Source: an uncultured Candidatus Saccharibacteria bacterium
GTDB lineage: Bacteria; Patescibacteriota; Minisyncoccia; UBA6257; Colwellbacteraceae
Reading direction: 5' to 3'
NCBI GenBank assembly: GCA_964643135.1
Contig: CAZXPC010000003.1
Span: forward strand, 6,152-70,151
Length of the DNA: 64,000 bases
Position 1 is the stretch's first letter, and every line of letters begins with the position of its first letter. Below are positions 36,672 to 46,085 of the stretch, piece after piece. The notes under the pieces are model-generated. The model had not been told where the DNA came from and ran no database searches. It worked only from the letters and a program-made list of their open reading frames with translations. The position numbers were made by a program, and so were the translations under genes.

Positions 36672-37236
36672 GTGTATGAGGGGAGATCTAAAGAATAAAA
36701 TTCTAGAAAATATTTTGGAGACGGCCATTTCGCCCGCAGAACTATTTGAGGCTGTGATCAGGGCCGGCTATGGTGCATCTGTGCGTGGAATTGATTGGCA
36801 GCTGGAGAAGGTTAGAGCTAGAAGGCAAGATGTTTTAAATATCTTGGCCAAGAAGAAAAGTTTCTACAATACTCTCCAGAGGCTAAAGAGGGATGGTTTG
36901 ATTGAAAGATCGGGCAAGGGCTGGATAGCGACTAAATTAGGTCGAGGGATCTTTACGGTCTCTGATAACAGGCCTTCCCGATCGGCATATCCATCGACAG
37001 AAAAGACCAGCTATACAACGATTATCATATTCGATGTGCCAGAAACGCATCGATACAAGCGCGATTGGCTGAGAGATAGCCTTAAAAATATGGGTTTCAA
37101 GATGGTTCAAAAGAGTGTTTGGTCGGCTCAAGTTAAGATTCCACGCGCTTTTATAGATGATTTAGAAAGTTTTGCTCTTATTGACTGCGTCGATATATTT
37201 CAGGCGACCAAGCTTGGCTCGCTGGCTAAATCCTAA
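36670..37236 (+). CDS. PaaX-like wHTH plus Cas2-like ferredoxin domain protein
   Basis: LQRLKRDGLIE...T..G wHTH; IIIFDVPE...RDWLR..L..MGF..VQKSVW. Confidence 0.82.
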   Translation: MCMRGDLKNKILENILETAISPAELFEAVIRAGYGASVRGIDWQLEKVRARRQDVLNILAKKKSFYNTLQRLKRDGLIERSGKGWIATKLGRGIFTVSDNRPSRSAYPSTEKTSYTTIIIFDVPETHRYKRDWLRDSLKNMGFKMVQKSVWSAQVKIPRAFIDDLESFALIDCVDIFQATKLGSLAKS

Positions 37237-37374
37237 AAAAACTTAAATGATTAAGATCAATATATATTATTCACGATCGTGAGAAAATATATCAGAGTGG
37301 CGGGATTAGCTTTCCTTGAAGAGAAAATATTCTGTTGCTAAAGAGTCCCTAGATTAGTATTATGGGTTGGTCAT

Positions 37375-37455
37375 GCTGAGGTGGTGAAATGGCATACACG
37401 CGGAGCTTAGGACTCCGTGCCGTAAGGCGTGCGGGTTCAAGTCCCGCCCTCAGCA
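37375..37455 (+). tRNA. tRNA-Leu(TAG)
   Basis: Cloverleaf with long variable arm; anticodon loop CTTAGGA. Confidence 0.93.
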
Positions 37456-37579
37456 CAAGGACTTGAACGGGAAAGGGGTCGGGAAAACGGGAGTTTTCCC
37501 GTGGCGGAAGTATTGAAACCGCTGGGTTTCAAGGAGCGAATGCTTAATGAGCGACGTTCAATTGCCCGCCCTCAGCACA
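37435..37579 (+). mobile_element. tRNA-Leu 3'-end duplication enclosing a ~100-bp hairpin-rich insert
   Basis: GTTCAAGTCCCGCCCTCAGCACA (37435-37457) repeated as GTTCAATTGCCCGCCCTCAGCACA (37556-37579). Confidence 0.65.
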
Positions 37580-37683
37580 TAGGATTGGTCTGATATTGAA
37601 TTTTTCGGGGTATGTGGTATGTTTTATAAATCCGCCTTGTTGGCTGGAGCCAACTCGCATCACAGGCGGCCGGAGAGAAGAGA

Positions 37684-37866
37684 ATGATCGGTACCGACGA
37701 AATGGGCTTGGGGTTCGCGCAAGAACCCACGACGACGCAGCCGGCGAATGAACAGCTCACGCCAGCGGGGAGTTCCCACTCAAGCATCGTCACGGACCGA
37801 GACAGACTTCGATCGTTTTCCGTCAGCCAAGGACGGCGGGTTCGGGAACGAGCTCGAAGGATCTAG
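37684..37866 (+). CDS. 60-aa orphan ORF, GC-rich cassette
   Basis: GGAG 8 nt upstream; TTGAAT...TG-G-TATGTT promoter; long 3' hairpin plus T9. Confidence 0.5.
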   Translation: MIGTDEMGLGFAQEPTTTQPANEQLTPAGSSHSSIVTDRDRLRSFSVSQGRRVRERARRI

Positions 37867-38031
37867 GACCGCAAGGGAACATCGCGGCATTGATTAGGTG
37901 AGTCGACTGGCAAGAGCCGGTCTTCCAACTATCGTGCCGCCCTTTTTTTTCAAAAAAAAGAAGCGAAGAGTTGAGGATGGTAGAATCCCATCATAAATCT
38001 CGTTCGCTTGAGGCTTCGCTTCACGCTGCTT

Positions 38032-39045
38032 CTAGGCCCGCGTCGGGTCGCAGTTCACGACCTTGCCCGCTACGCTCGAGTAGAGGTAGAAGTCCGGGCC
38101 GACGTTGTCGAGGTGCGCGTCCGAAGACACGAACATCCACCCTGACTGGACCCAGGAGTAACCCAGGTCGTTCGGGTGTGCCGCGACTGCGCTGTCGTAG
38201 TCGGCTTTCGACTGGTAGAAGCGCGCGACTCCGGCTCCCTGGGCATTGCACGTGAGTCTGGTGACTCCCGTGTCGTGCCCGGTGAAGCGGAACGGTCCGC
38301 TCAACCCTTGCGCCAGCGTGATGACGTCGGCGCCGTAGTTGAGGTAGGTTCCTTTCACTGGGGTGGCCGGGGCTCCGCTGCCGGATGTCGTCACGTTGTT
38401 GATCTTCTCGATCGTGATGTGCCAGTTGGTCGTCCAGGGGTTGTAGTCCCGGAAGGCCATATGGTCAGCGTTCGGGTAGTTCGAGGCGTTCTTGAAGCCC
38501 GAACAGTCCGAGAAGATCATTCCCGAGAGAGCATTCGCTTCCCCAGGAGCGTTGTCGAGCGCGCAGCTGCCCAGAGGAACTGCCGTGGTCAGGTTGACCG
38601 CGAGTCCGCCGAAGCTGCCGATCGAAGCCACGACGAAGTGTTCTCCGAGCTTGCGAACGCTGACTTGGTTCGGAGCGGTGTAGTTCGTTGCGTTCCACCA
38701 CTGGTCTAGATTTGTCACCTTCGCGTCCTTGAAGTCCGCGATGGTGCCGATGCCGCCATCGAGCGTCCACGATTCCGTTGCCGCAGCTGGAGGGCTGGGC
38801 GCAGAATCCGCGGGGTTGTCGTTCGCGTGGTTCGCCGCGACAGCTGCCGCGATGTCCTCCGCGCTTGCCGGGGGAGTCGTCGGGATCTGGTGGAGGAGCT
38901 CGTTGTTCTCCTTGCCGATATCGATCAGCTTGTTGGCCTGGTCTGCGGTCATGCCGTCGGATTCCTTCTTTGCCGCACATCCCGCGAGGGAAATGGTCAG
39001 GAATAGCGTCGCCACCAGGGCGATCATCTTGGGGTTGGGCTTCAT
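38032..39045 (-). CDS. Orphan lipoprotein (LAGC lipobox), GC-rich cassette
   Basis: MKPNPKMIALVATLFLTISLAGC; GGGAGG SD at 39055-39060; TTGACA at 39166-39171. Confidence 0.8.
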   Translation of the reverse strand: MKPNPKMIALVATLFLTISLAGCAAKKESDGMTADQANKLIDIGKENNELLHQIPTTPPASAEDIAAAVAANHANDNPADSAPSPPAAATESWTLDGGIGTIADFKDAKVTNLDQWWNATNYTAPNQVSVRKLGEHFVVASIGSFGGLAVNLTTAVPLGSCALDNAPGEANALSGMIFSDCSGFKNASNYPNADHMAFRDYNPWTTNWHITIEKINNVTTSGSGAPATPVKGTYLNYGADVITLAQGLSGPFRFTGHDTGVTRLTCNAQGAGVARFYQSKADYDSAVAAHPNDLGYSWVQSGWMFVSSDAHLDNVGPDFYLYSSVAGKVVNCDPTRA

Positions 39046-39257
39046 TTCAAGTGTCCTCCCGTTATCAAGGTGCTGGCTTAACAGAGTCTATACTCCCGTT
39101 AGGGAGCTAGACTAGCTAGCACCTCAAACGAGTGTGGGACTATGTAAACATACATACGCTATTCTTGTCAAGTCCCCAGGAAACTTAGTGGCCTTTATAG
39201 GCCTTGACAAGACATTGGAGATCTGTTAATCTAAACCGTCAAAATATAAATAAGACT

Positions 39258-41387
39258 ATGATGATAAACCCAAAAAACAAGCAGACCGCCGGTTTCGGAG
39301 CGATGCAAGTCGTAATTGTAGTCGGCGTGGTGGCCGTTCTGGCCTTGTTATTCTTCGGTTTGCCGGGCGGAGTTAAGGATTTCTTCGCTAAATTAAAGGG
39401 TGGGACCGCTTCGATCTCCAGCTTTGGTGATTTTCAGAAAGACGCCAACAATAATATCAGCATCGACAGCGTGGCGGACACGATGGTTAAGGATTTGATG
39501 TCGGTTCAGACTATGGCTAAGGCGGAAACTGGGGACAAGAAAGACGGCATCTGTTTCAAGAATCCGGCTGCCGAAACCGATTTCTATAATATAGTTTCTA
39601 ACATCTCCGGCACCGACGCTTGCGATAGCGCGGCTTCGATTGTCAATGTCGTTTCTTTGCCGAGCGGGATCAGTATTGTAGATCCAGCCACTGGCAGCAA
39701 TAAATCTATTGTTTTCCAGAAAGACGGCACCTCTGTTGCCTCAACCGATCAAACTATTAAAATTGCGTCTTCAACTGAAACTCGAATTGTGACGGTTACG
39801 CCGTCCGGCAACGCAACTTTCAGCGTCGGCGCTCCTAGCACGGCTTCAGCCGGGGCTTCATCGGGATCGGGCGGGACCACAACTATCATCAGGACAGTAA
39901 CCGCGGATAATACCGGCCAGATTAATGCTCTTAGCAATGTGGCGAACGGCTTGGCCAATGTTTTGGGTTCGATTAGGACCCTGCAGAATCAAAACACTGT
40001 TGTCACTGTCCCGGTTCCTGTTCAGGTCCCTGTGCCGGTCAATGTTACTTCGGGCGCTCCTTCTCAGCCTTCGAATCTTTACGCTCAAGGAAGCTACGGC
40101 TATATTGCATTGAATTGGACGGTTTCAGCCGGCGCTATCTCGACCTATAAAATTTATCGCAGCCAATATCCCGGCCAGGAGTCGTTCTTAGCCTCGGTTG
40201 GAGCGATTAATTATTACGCCGATTACAGCGTGGCCGCCGGTTCGACCTACTACTACAAAGTTACGGCCGTCAATACAGCAGGGCAGGAGAGTCCGCTTTC
40301 AAACGAAGCGTACTCGGCCGCTTATGTTCAGAGTCCTGTTACTTATTACACACCCGTTCCCGTTCCGGCTCCGGTTCCGCAGCAGCCTCAGATTTTTCAA
40401 CCATCGGTGCCGACTATTGTTTCGGCTGCCTATTACCCGGGCAACGGGGTTGTCTTGAACTGGCTCGCTCCACAGTCTAACGGTAATTCTTATATCGTCG
40501 GCTACAGGGTTTATCGCAATATTTCGGTGGTAAATTCCAGCTTGATTTACGATTCAACTTCTCAGAGCACAACCTACACCGATTCAAGCCTGGCGCCGAA
40601 CACTAACTATTGCTACCAGATTAGCGCCAAAAATCAGCAGTACGAAAGCCCACGGTCAGCCGCGCAATGTGTTTATACTTATGTAGCTCAGACCCCATCA
40701 CCTACTCCTAGCCCGAGCCCAGCTCCTCAGACCCCGACTTACTACTCTCCTTATCCGTCATCGACGCCTCCTGCGACTTACTACTACACTCCCGGAACTT
40801 CTACGAACCAGACGCCTACTTACTATTCTCCGACTTCGTACTCGAACCAGCCGGCTACTTATTACACTACTAGCGGCTCTTCAACACCGGCGGCCACTTA
40901 CTACACAACCGCTCCGAACGGAACTCAAGCTGCTACTTACTATACGACTAGCGGTTCGGGTACTCCGTCGGCAACCTACTACACGACTTCTTCGACATCG
41001 GGTACGCCATTAGGAACCTATTACGCAACGTCAGGATCTACTAGCGGCACTCCATCGGCCACTTACTACACAACTAGTGGTTCTTCAACCCAGGCAGGCA
41101 CGTATTACGGTACCCAAACTTCGACCACTCCAGGAGCGACTTATTACACAACCAGCGGCAGCACCAGCTCATCGCCGGCCACTTATTACTCAACTGGCTC
41201 TACCGCTACTCCATCAGCAACTTATTATTCGACAGCTAGCGGTTCGGGTACGCCGAGCGCTACTTATTACACTACTAGCGGCTCTTCAACGCCGGCTGGA
41301 ACTTATTACACAACCGCTCCGAGCGGAACTCAAGCCGCGACTTATTACAGTTCTTCATCAACTCCATCGGCGACTTACTACCCCTAA
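39258..41387 (+). CDS. Pilin-like surface protein with FN3 domains and TYY tandem repeats
   Basis: Class III signal-like AG|FGAMQVVIVV; two FN3 domains (LNW...YKIYR...YYYKVTAVN); 17 TYY repeats. Confidence 0.8.
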   Translation: MMINPKNKQTAGFGAMQVVIVVGVVAVLALLFFGLPGGVKDFFAKLKGGTASISSFGDFQKDANNNISIDSVADTMVKDLMSVQTMAKAETGDKKDGICFKNPAAETDFYNIVSNISGTDACDSAASIVNVVSLPSGISIVDPATGSNKSIVFQKDGTSVASTDQTIKIASSTETRIVTVTPSGNATFSVGAPSTASAGASSGSGGTTTIIRTVTADNTGQINALSNVANGLANVLGSIRTLQNQNTVVTVPVPVQVPVPVNVTSGAPSQPSNLYAQGSYGYIALNWTVSAGAISTYKIYRSQYPGQESFLASVGAINYYADYSVAAGSTYYYKVTAVNTAGQESPLSNEAYSAAYVQSPVTYYTPVPVPAPVPQQPQIFQPSVPTIVSAAYYPGNGVVLNWLAPQSNGNSYIVGYRVYRNISVVNSSLIYDSTSQSTTYTDSSLAPNTNYCYQISAKNQQYESPRSAAQCVYTYVAQTPSPTPSPSPAPQTPTYYSPYPSSTPPATYYYTPGTSTNQTPTYYSPTSYSNQPATYYTTSGSSTPAATYYTTAPNGTQAATYYTTSGSGTPSATYYTTSSTSGTPLGTYYATSGSTSGTPSATYYTTSGSSTQAGTYYGTQTSTTPGATYYTTSGSTSSSPATYYSTGSTATPSATYYSTASGSGTPSATYYTTSGSSTPAGTYYTTAPSGTQAATYYSSSSTPSATYYP

Positions 41388-41389
41388 TT

Positions 41390-42295
41390 TTATTTTGGCT
41401 GACTTCTCCTTTTGGAATGAAAAGCTGAATGAACCTCCTTCAGCTCTTTATTCGTGACATGGGTGTAAATCTGGGTGGTCGAAACATTGCTGTGGCCCAA
41501 GAGTTCTTGAACTGATCTCAAGTCTGCGCCATTCATCAGCAAGTCGGTGCCGAATTGGTGCCGCAAAGTGTGAGGTGTTACTTTCTTAGGGATGCCGGCC
41601 GCTTTGGCGTAGTGGGCGATTAGGCGCTCAATACTGCGCGTGGTGAGCCGGCCGATCGGTTTTGGGTCGGCGGCTTTGGTGAAGCTAATAAACAAGGCTT
41701 CTTCGGCGTCGAAACGTTTGTCGAGGAAGGCTTTAATTGATTTTTTGGCCTCGTCGGAGAGGAATACTACTCGCAATTTGTCGCCCTTGCCTCGGATGGT
41801 CAATTCGCCGCGCTCGAAATTGTTGTGTCGGTCGAGACTGGCCAATTCGGAGACGCGCAAGCCGGTCGCGAAAAGAGTTTCTAGGATAGCGCGGTCACGT
41901 AAAACTCTAATATCTGAGCCTTTGGGCGCGGCCAAGAGGCGTTGCAGATCAGTATTATCCATAATTTGAATCTGGCGGGCCGGGATTTTTGGCAGTTCAA
42001 TTTTGTCGGGGGAGACAACCTTATAATCGCGTTTCATTAGGAACTTAAGAAAATTGCGGAGAATAATGATGTAGTACGATTGGGTGATTTTCTTGATCGG
42101 GGGAGTGGAGCTGGCGAGTTTGATACGAAATTCGCGGATAGCTTCCTCGGTAATATCGGAGATATTTTTAACGCCGGATGTCTCGGCGAACTTCCTTAAA
42201 TAACGCTCATAATTAGCCCTGGTGCGGGGGGATTTGTTTTTTTCAATCTCTAAATAGTCGAGATATTGCTTGATCAACTTCTGAACTTCAGTCAT
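41390..42295 (-). CDS. XerC/XerD-family tyrosine recombinase
   Basis: RDRAILETLFATGLRVSEL, GKGDK.R, HTLRH, LLGH...TTQIYTH. Confidence 0.92.
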   Translation of the reverse strand: MTEVQKLIKQYLDYLEIEKNKSPRTRANYERYLRKFAETSGVKNISDITEEAIREFRIKLASSTPPIKKITQSYYIIILRNFLKFLMKRDYKVVSPDKIELPKIPARQIQIMDNTDLQRLLAAPKGSDIRVLRDRAILETLFATGLRVSELASLDRHNNFERGELTIRGKGDKLRVVFLSDEAKKSIKAFLDKRFDAEEALFISFTKAADPKPIGRLTTRSIERLIAHYAKAAGIPKKVTPHTLRHQFGTDLLMNGADLRSVQELLGHSNVSTTQIYTHVTNKELKEVHSAFHSKRRSQPK

Positions 42296-42378
42296 ATTAG
42301 CTGGATTATACCATTCCCCGTTATGCGACACAATGCGTTTGACTTTCCGGAAATTTTGGGATAAGATTCAGCCTACAT

Positions 42379-42645
42379 ATGTTAACCACCAGACAGAAGA
42401 AATTAGTTATAAAAGAGCACCAAACCCACGAAAAGGACAGCGGTTCGGCCGCCGTCCAGATCGGTTTGATCTCAAAAAAGATAGATGAGCTGGCTAGCCA
42501 CCTTAAGAAGCACGCTAAGGACAACCACTCGCGCCGGGGCCTTATTAACATGGTCTCAAAGCGCCGGAAACTTTTGACTTATTTGCAGGACAGCTCACCG
42601 CGCAGCTATAACTCGATTACGAAGAAGCTCGGCTTAAAGAAATAA
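42379..42645 (+). CDS. rpsO: 30S ribosomal protein S15
   Basis: HEKDSGS..VQI, KDNHSRRGL...KRRKLL.YL. Confidence 0.97.
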   Translation: MLTTRQKKLVIKEHQTHEKDSGSAAVQIGLISKKIDELASHLKKHAKDNHSRRGLINMVSKRRKLLTYLQDSSPRSYNSITKKLGLKK

Positions 42646-42772
42646 GAGTTCTGGCAAATTTAGATAATTGCTTTGTTGCGGAGCCTCTCAAACTCATCGA
42701 CGTAGTAATTAATACTACGCCTCTTCGTTTGTTTCTCCGCGCCTAGCACTTATCGAAATTTGCTGCGAACTG
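42646..42772. repeat. ~125-bp imperfect palindromic intergenic element
   Basis: Outer arms GTTCTGGCAAATTTAGATAATTGCT / AGCACTTATCGAAATTTGCTGCGAAC; inner CGTAGTA-ATTAA-TACTACG hairpin. Confidence 0.7.
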
Positions 42773-42788
42773 AGTTATCATATTTACA

Positions 42789-43322
42789 ATGCCCATAATT
42801 CCCAACAAAGAACAGCGAATCGGAATCTTTATTGATATCCAGAATCTCTACCACTCAGCCAAAAATTTATACAGCGGCCGGGTTAACTATGCCGAGCTCA
42901 TGAAATTTTTGATTGCCGATCGCAAGCTGGTGCGCGCCTTGGGATACGTTGTTAAAAGCGATGTCATGGTGGGCGAAGAAAGCTTTTTTGAGGCTTTGGG
43001 CAAAGCCGGAATCGAATTAAGGATTAAAGATATCCAGGTTTTCCCCGGGGGTGCTAAAAAAGCGGACTGGGATGTTGGTATGGCGGTTGACGCAATCCGC
43101 ATGGCGCCGATGCTCGACATAATATTACTCGTGACCGGCGATGGTGACTTCGTGCCGCTTGTTGAGTATTTGAAATGGGGGTTGGGGCGGGGAGTCGAGG
43201 TGGCCGCTTTTTCGAGGACAACTTCGGGCAAACTCCGGGAAGCCGCCGACCGATTTCTCGACATTGAGTCGATACCTAAGGTATTATTTAAATCAATTTC
43301 CAAGCCGAGGCGGGGCAAATAA
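42789..43322 (+). CDS. NYN domain (LabA/DUF88) protein
   Basis: IFIDIQNLY, KADWDVGMAVD, LVTGDGDFVPLV. Confidence 0.92.
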   Translation: MPIIPNKEQRIGIFIDIQNLYHSAKNLYSGRVNYAELMKFLIADRKLVRALGYVVKSDVMVGEESFFEALGKAGIELRIKDIQVFPGGAKKADWDVGMAVDAIRMAPMLDIILLVTGDGDFVPLVEYLKWGLGRGVEVAAFSRTTSGKLREAADRFLDIESIPKVLFKSISKPRRGK

Positions 43323-43332
43323 TATATAAATC

Positions 43333-45465
43333 ATGGACCTAAATAGAAAAAAATTCACGACTAAAGTCGGGGGAGAAGAGCTGACTATCGAAGTTTCAAA
43401 TATCGCCTCGCAGGCGAACGGTTCGGTCATTGCGACTTACGGCGGCACAACTGTTTTGGCGACTGCGGTGATATCCCGCAAGGACAAAGACGTCGACTAC
43501 ATGCCTCTCGCCGTCGACTACGAAGAAAAGTTTTATGCCGCCGGTAAGATTATCGGCAGCCGCTTTATTCGCCGTGAAGGCCGCCCATCAGAGAGCGCTA
43601 TTTTGTCGGGGCGGCTGATCGACCGGACTATACGGCCCCTTTTTGATTCCCGCATTAGGAAGGAAATGCAGGTAGTCGCGACAGTTTTGTCGTACGACGA
43701 GGAGAACGACCCGGATTTTGTGGCTTTGATGGCGGCTTCGGCAGCGCTTTCAATTTCAGATATTCCTTTTAACGGACCGGTCGCCGGGCTCCGAATCGCT
43801 AAGATGAAGGGGAGTAGCGAGATCATGATCAATCCGAAAAACAGCTTGGTTAAGCCCTTGACGGCCAACATCATATCCGACGAGAACCTTGAGTTTGACG
43901 CCTTTGTTTCTGGCCTAAAGGGCCGGATCAACATGGTGGAATTGGCCGGCTCGGAGGCTAAAAAGGAACACGTTATTGAGGCTTATAAAAAAGCGATCTC
44001 AGAATTCGAAAATTTGATTGACTTCCAAAATAAGATTGTTAAAGAAGTGGGCAAGCCGAAGATGGTCATTGAATTTAAAAAGCCGGATGAGAAACTAGCT
44101 AAGGCTGTTGAAAACTTTTTGGGCGGCAAATTAGAAGGCGCGCTTTTCAATCCGGAAAAGGGCGCCATCTATGCTTTGCACGATGCTTTGAAGGCGGATT
44201 TGGTGAAACAGGAATTTGATTCTAAGGCGATTGCTGAGGCCAATCATATATATGAAGATGCCGTGAACGAACTTTTGCACAAGGAAGTTTTGACGAGCGG
44301 CCGCAGACCGGATGGCAGAAAAACAGATCAGGTGAGAGACCTGCATGCTGAAGTGGGAATATTGCCAAGAACTCACGGTTCGGGGCTTTTTGTTCGCGGC
44401 AACACTCAGGCCTTGGCAGTTACAACTTTAGCTTCACCGGGCTCAGAGCAAATTGTTGAGACCATGGAACTTAACGCCAAGAAGCGTTTTATGCTGCACT
44501 ATAATTTCCCGCCCTACTCAGTTGGAGAAGCTCGGTCATTCCGCGGCCCGGGCCGGCGAGACATCGGGCACGGCGCTTTGGCAGAAAAAGCGATTATGCC
44601 CCTCATTCCGAAATCTGACGTTTTCCCGTATACCGTCAGGGTTGTTTCTGAAATCTTGTCTTCAAACGGATCCAGTTCAATGGCGACGGTTTCCGCGACT
44701 AGCTTGAGTTTGATGGATGCTGGCGTGCCCTTAAAATCTCCGGCGGCAGGTATCGCAATGGGAGTGATCATCGATGAATCGACTTTCCATTCGGACAAAA
44801 TGAAATATAAGGTTTTGACCGACATTCAGGGCGCGGAAGATCACCATGGCGACATGGATTTCAAGGTAGCGGGTACCAAAGACGGCATCAACGCGATTCA
44901 GATGGATGTTAAAGTAGTCGGCGTGAGCGTCGATATCTTAACTGACGCTATGAATGACGCTGAAAAGGCGCGATTGCACATTTTGGAAACGACTAATAAA
45001 GTAATTGGCGCGCCGAGAGCGGAATTATCTAAGTATGCTCCGAGAGTTTTGATCTACAACATTGATCCGTCAAGAATCGGCGAGCTGATCGGCCCGGGCG
45101 GTAAAGTTATCAACGGCATTATTGCTAAAACTGGTGCGACCGCGATCGACATCGAGGAAGACGGCAAAGTCTTTATTACCGCGCAGAAAGTTGAAGTGGC
45201 CGAAGCCGCGCTCGCGGAAGTTAAAGCAATTTTTAAAGAATATAAGATCGGCGAGTTTGTCGAGGGGCCGGTTGTGCGCATTTTGGAATTCGGCGCAATT
45301 GTCGACTTAGGCAACGGTCGCGACGGCATGATCCACGTTTCCGAACTTAAAGACGGTTTTGTTAAGAAAGTTGAAGATGTGGTGAAGGTGGGCGATTTTG
45401 TACGCGCTAAGATTGTTAAAGTTGAAAACGGCAAGATTGGCCTGTCCCTAAAGCAAGCTAAATAA
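43333..45465 (+). CDS. pnp: Polyribonucleotide nucleotidyltransferase
   Basis: Two RNase PH domains, SNGSSSMA, GDMDFKVAGT, KH and S1 domains. Confidence 0.97.
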   Translation: MDLNRKKFTTKVGGEELTIEVSNIASQANGSVIATYGGTTVLATAVISRKDKDVDYMPLAVDYEEKFYAAGKIIGSRFIRREGRPSESAILSGRLIDRTIRPLFDSRIRKEMQVVATVLSYDEENDPDFVALMAASAALSISDIPFNGPVAGLRIAKMKGSSEIMINPKNSLVKPLTANIISDENLEFDAFVSGLKGRINMVELAGSEAKKEHVIEAYKKAISEFENLIDFQNKIVKEVGKPKMVIEFKKPDEKLAKAVENFLGGKLEGALFNPEKGAIYALHDALKADLVKQEFDSKAIAEANHIYEDAVNELLHKEVLTSGRRPDGRKTDQVRDLHAEVGILPRTHGSGLFVRGNTQALAVTTLASPGSEQIVETMELNAKKRFMLHYNFPPYSVGEARSFRGPGRRDIGHGALAEKAIMPLIPKSDVFPYTVRVVSEILSSNGSSSMATVSATSLSLMDAGVPLKSPAAGIAMGVIIDESTFHSDKMKYKVLTDIQGAEDHHGDMDFKVAGTKDGINAIQMDVKVVGVSVDILTDAMNDAEKARLHILETTNKVIGAPRAELSKYAPRVLIYNIDPSRIGELIGPGGKVINGIIAKTGATAIDIEEDGKVFITAQKVEVAEAALAEVKAIFKEYKIGEFVEGPVVRILEFGAIVDLGNGRDGMIHVSELKDGFVKKVEDVVKVGDFVRAKIVKVENGKIGLSLKQAK

Positions 45466-45481
45466 GGTGCCCTTATAACTT

Positions 45482-46018
45482 ATGGAATACATTGACGTGC
45501 TCGATGAAGCGGGAACTCCAACCGGCGTTTCTAAGTCCCACTGGGAGATTCATGAGTCTGGCGATTGGCATAGAGCTGTGCATGTTTGGGTGCTTAATTC
45601 GAAAAAAGAATTTTTGATTCAGAAACGCGCGCACCAAAAGGCCAACTTTCCGGATTTATGGGATGCTTCGGTAGGTGGGCATGTCTCGGCAGGCCAAACT
45701 GCAATTGTGGCGGCGGTTAGAGAAACTCAAGAGGAATTGGGTCTTAAAATCAGCCCGGCGGACTTGGAGTACATTTCTACGGCTCGAGAGGAAGCGACTT
45801 TTGATTACAAAGGCAGAACTTATTTTGAAAATTCTCTTTTGGATCTTTATTTGGTGAGAAAGGATGTTGAGATCGCCGAGCTGAAGATGGAAGAGAGCGA
45901 AGTGGCTGATTTAAAGTGGATTTCTGCGAGGGACTTGGAAAAGGCTATAATCGGGAAAGATAAGGATTTTGTTCCCAAGCCCGATGGCTACGCCGAGAAA
46001 TTAATTTCTGGGATATAG
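45482..46018 (+). CDS. NUDIX hydrolase (IDI/YfcD-like)
   Basis: HRAVHVW, GGHV.AG......AVRETQEELG. Confidence 0.9.
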   Translation: MEYIDVLDEAGTPTGVSKSHWEIHESGDWHRAVHVWVLNSKKEFLIQKRAHQKANFPDLWDASVGGHVSAGQTAIVAAVRETQEELGLKISPADLEYISTAREEATFDYKGRTYFENSLLDLYLVRKDVEIAELKMEESEVADLKWISARDLEKAIIGKDKDFVPKPDGYAEKLISGI

Positions 46019-46085
46019 GGCTATCCACACGGGAAGAGATTTTTAATTGTGCTATAATTATTGGAAATATAAATAGTATTAAAAT

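Noticed and set aside
36670-37236. CRISPR-Cas (Cas2-like motif)
   Set aside because: No repeat-spacer array or cas1 in the window; fused wHTH indicates a PaaX-like protein
40730-41384. CRISPR-like or non-coding tandem repeat
   Set aside because: Repeats are in-frame, synonymously varied coding repeats
41390-42295. Prophage or island integrase
   Set aside because: Native codon usage, XerC/D-like size and housekeeping context; no phage genes
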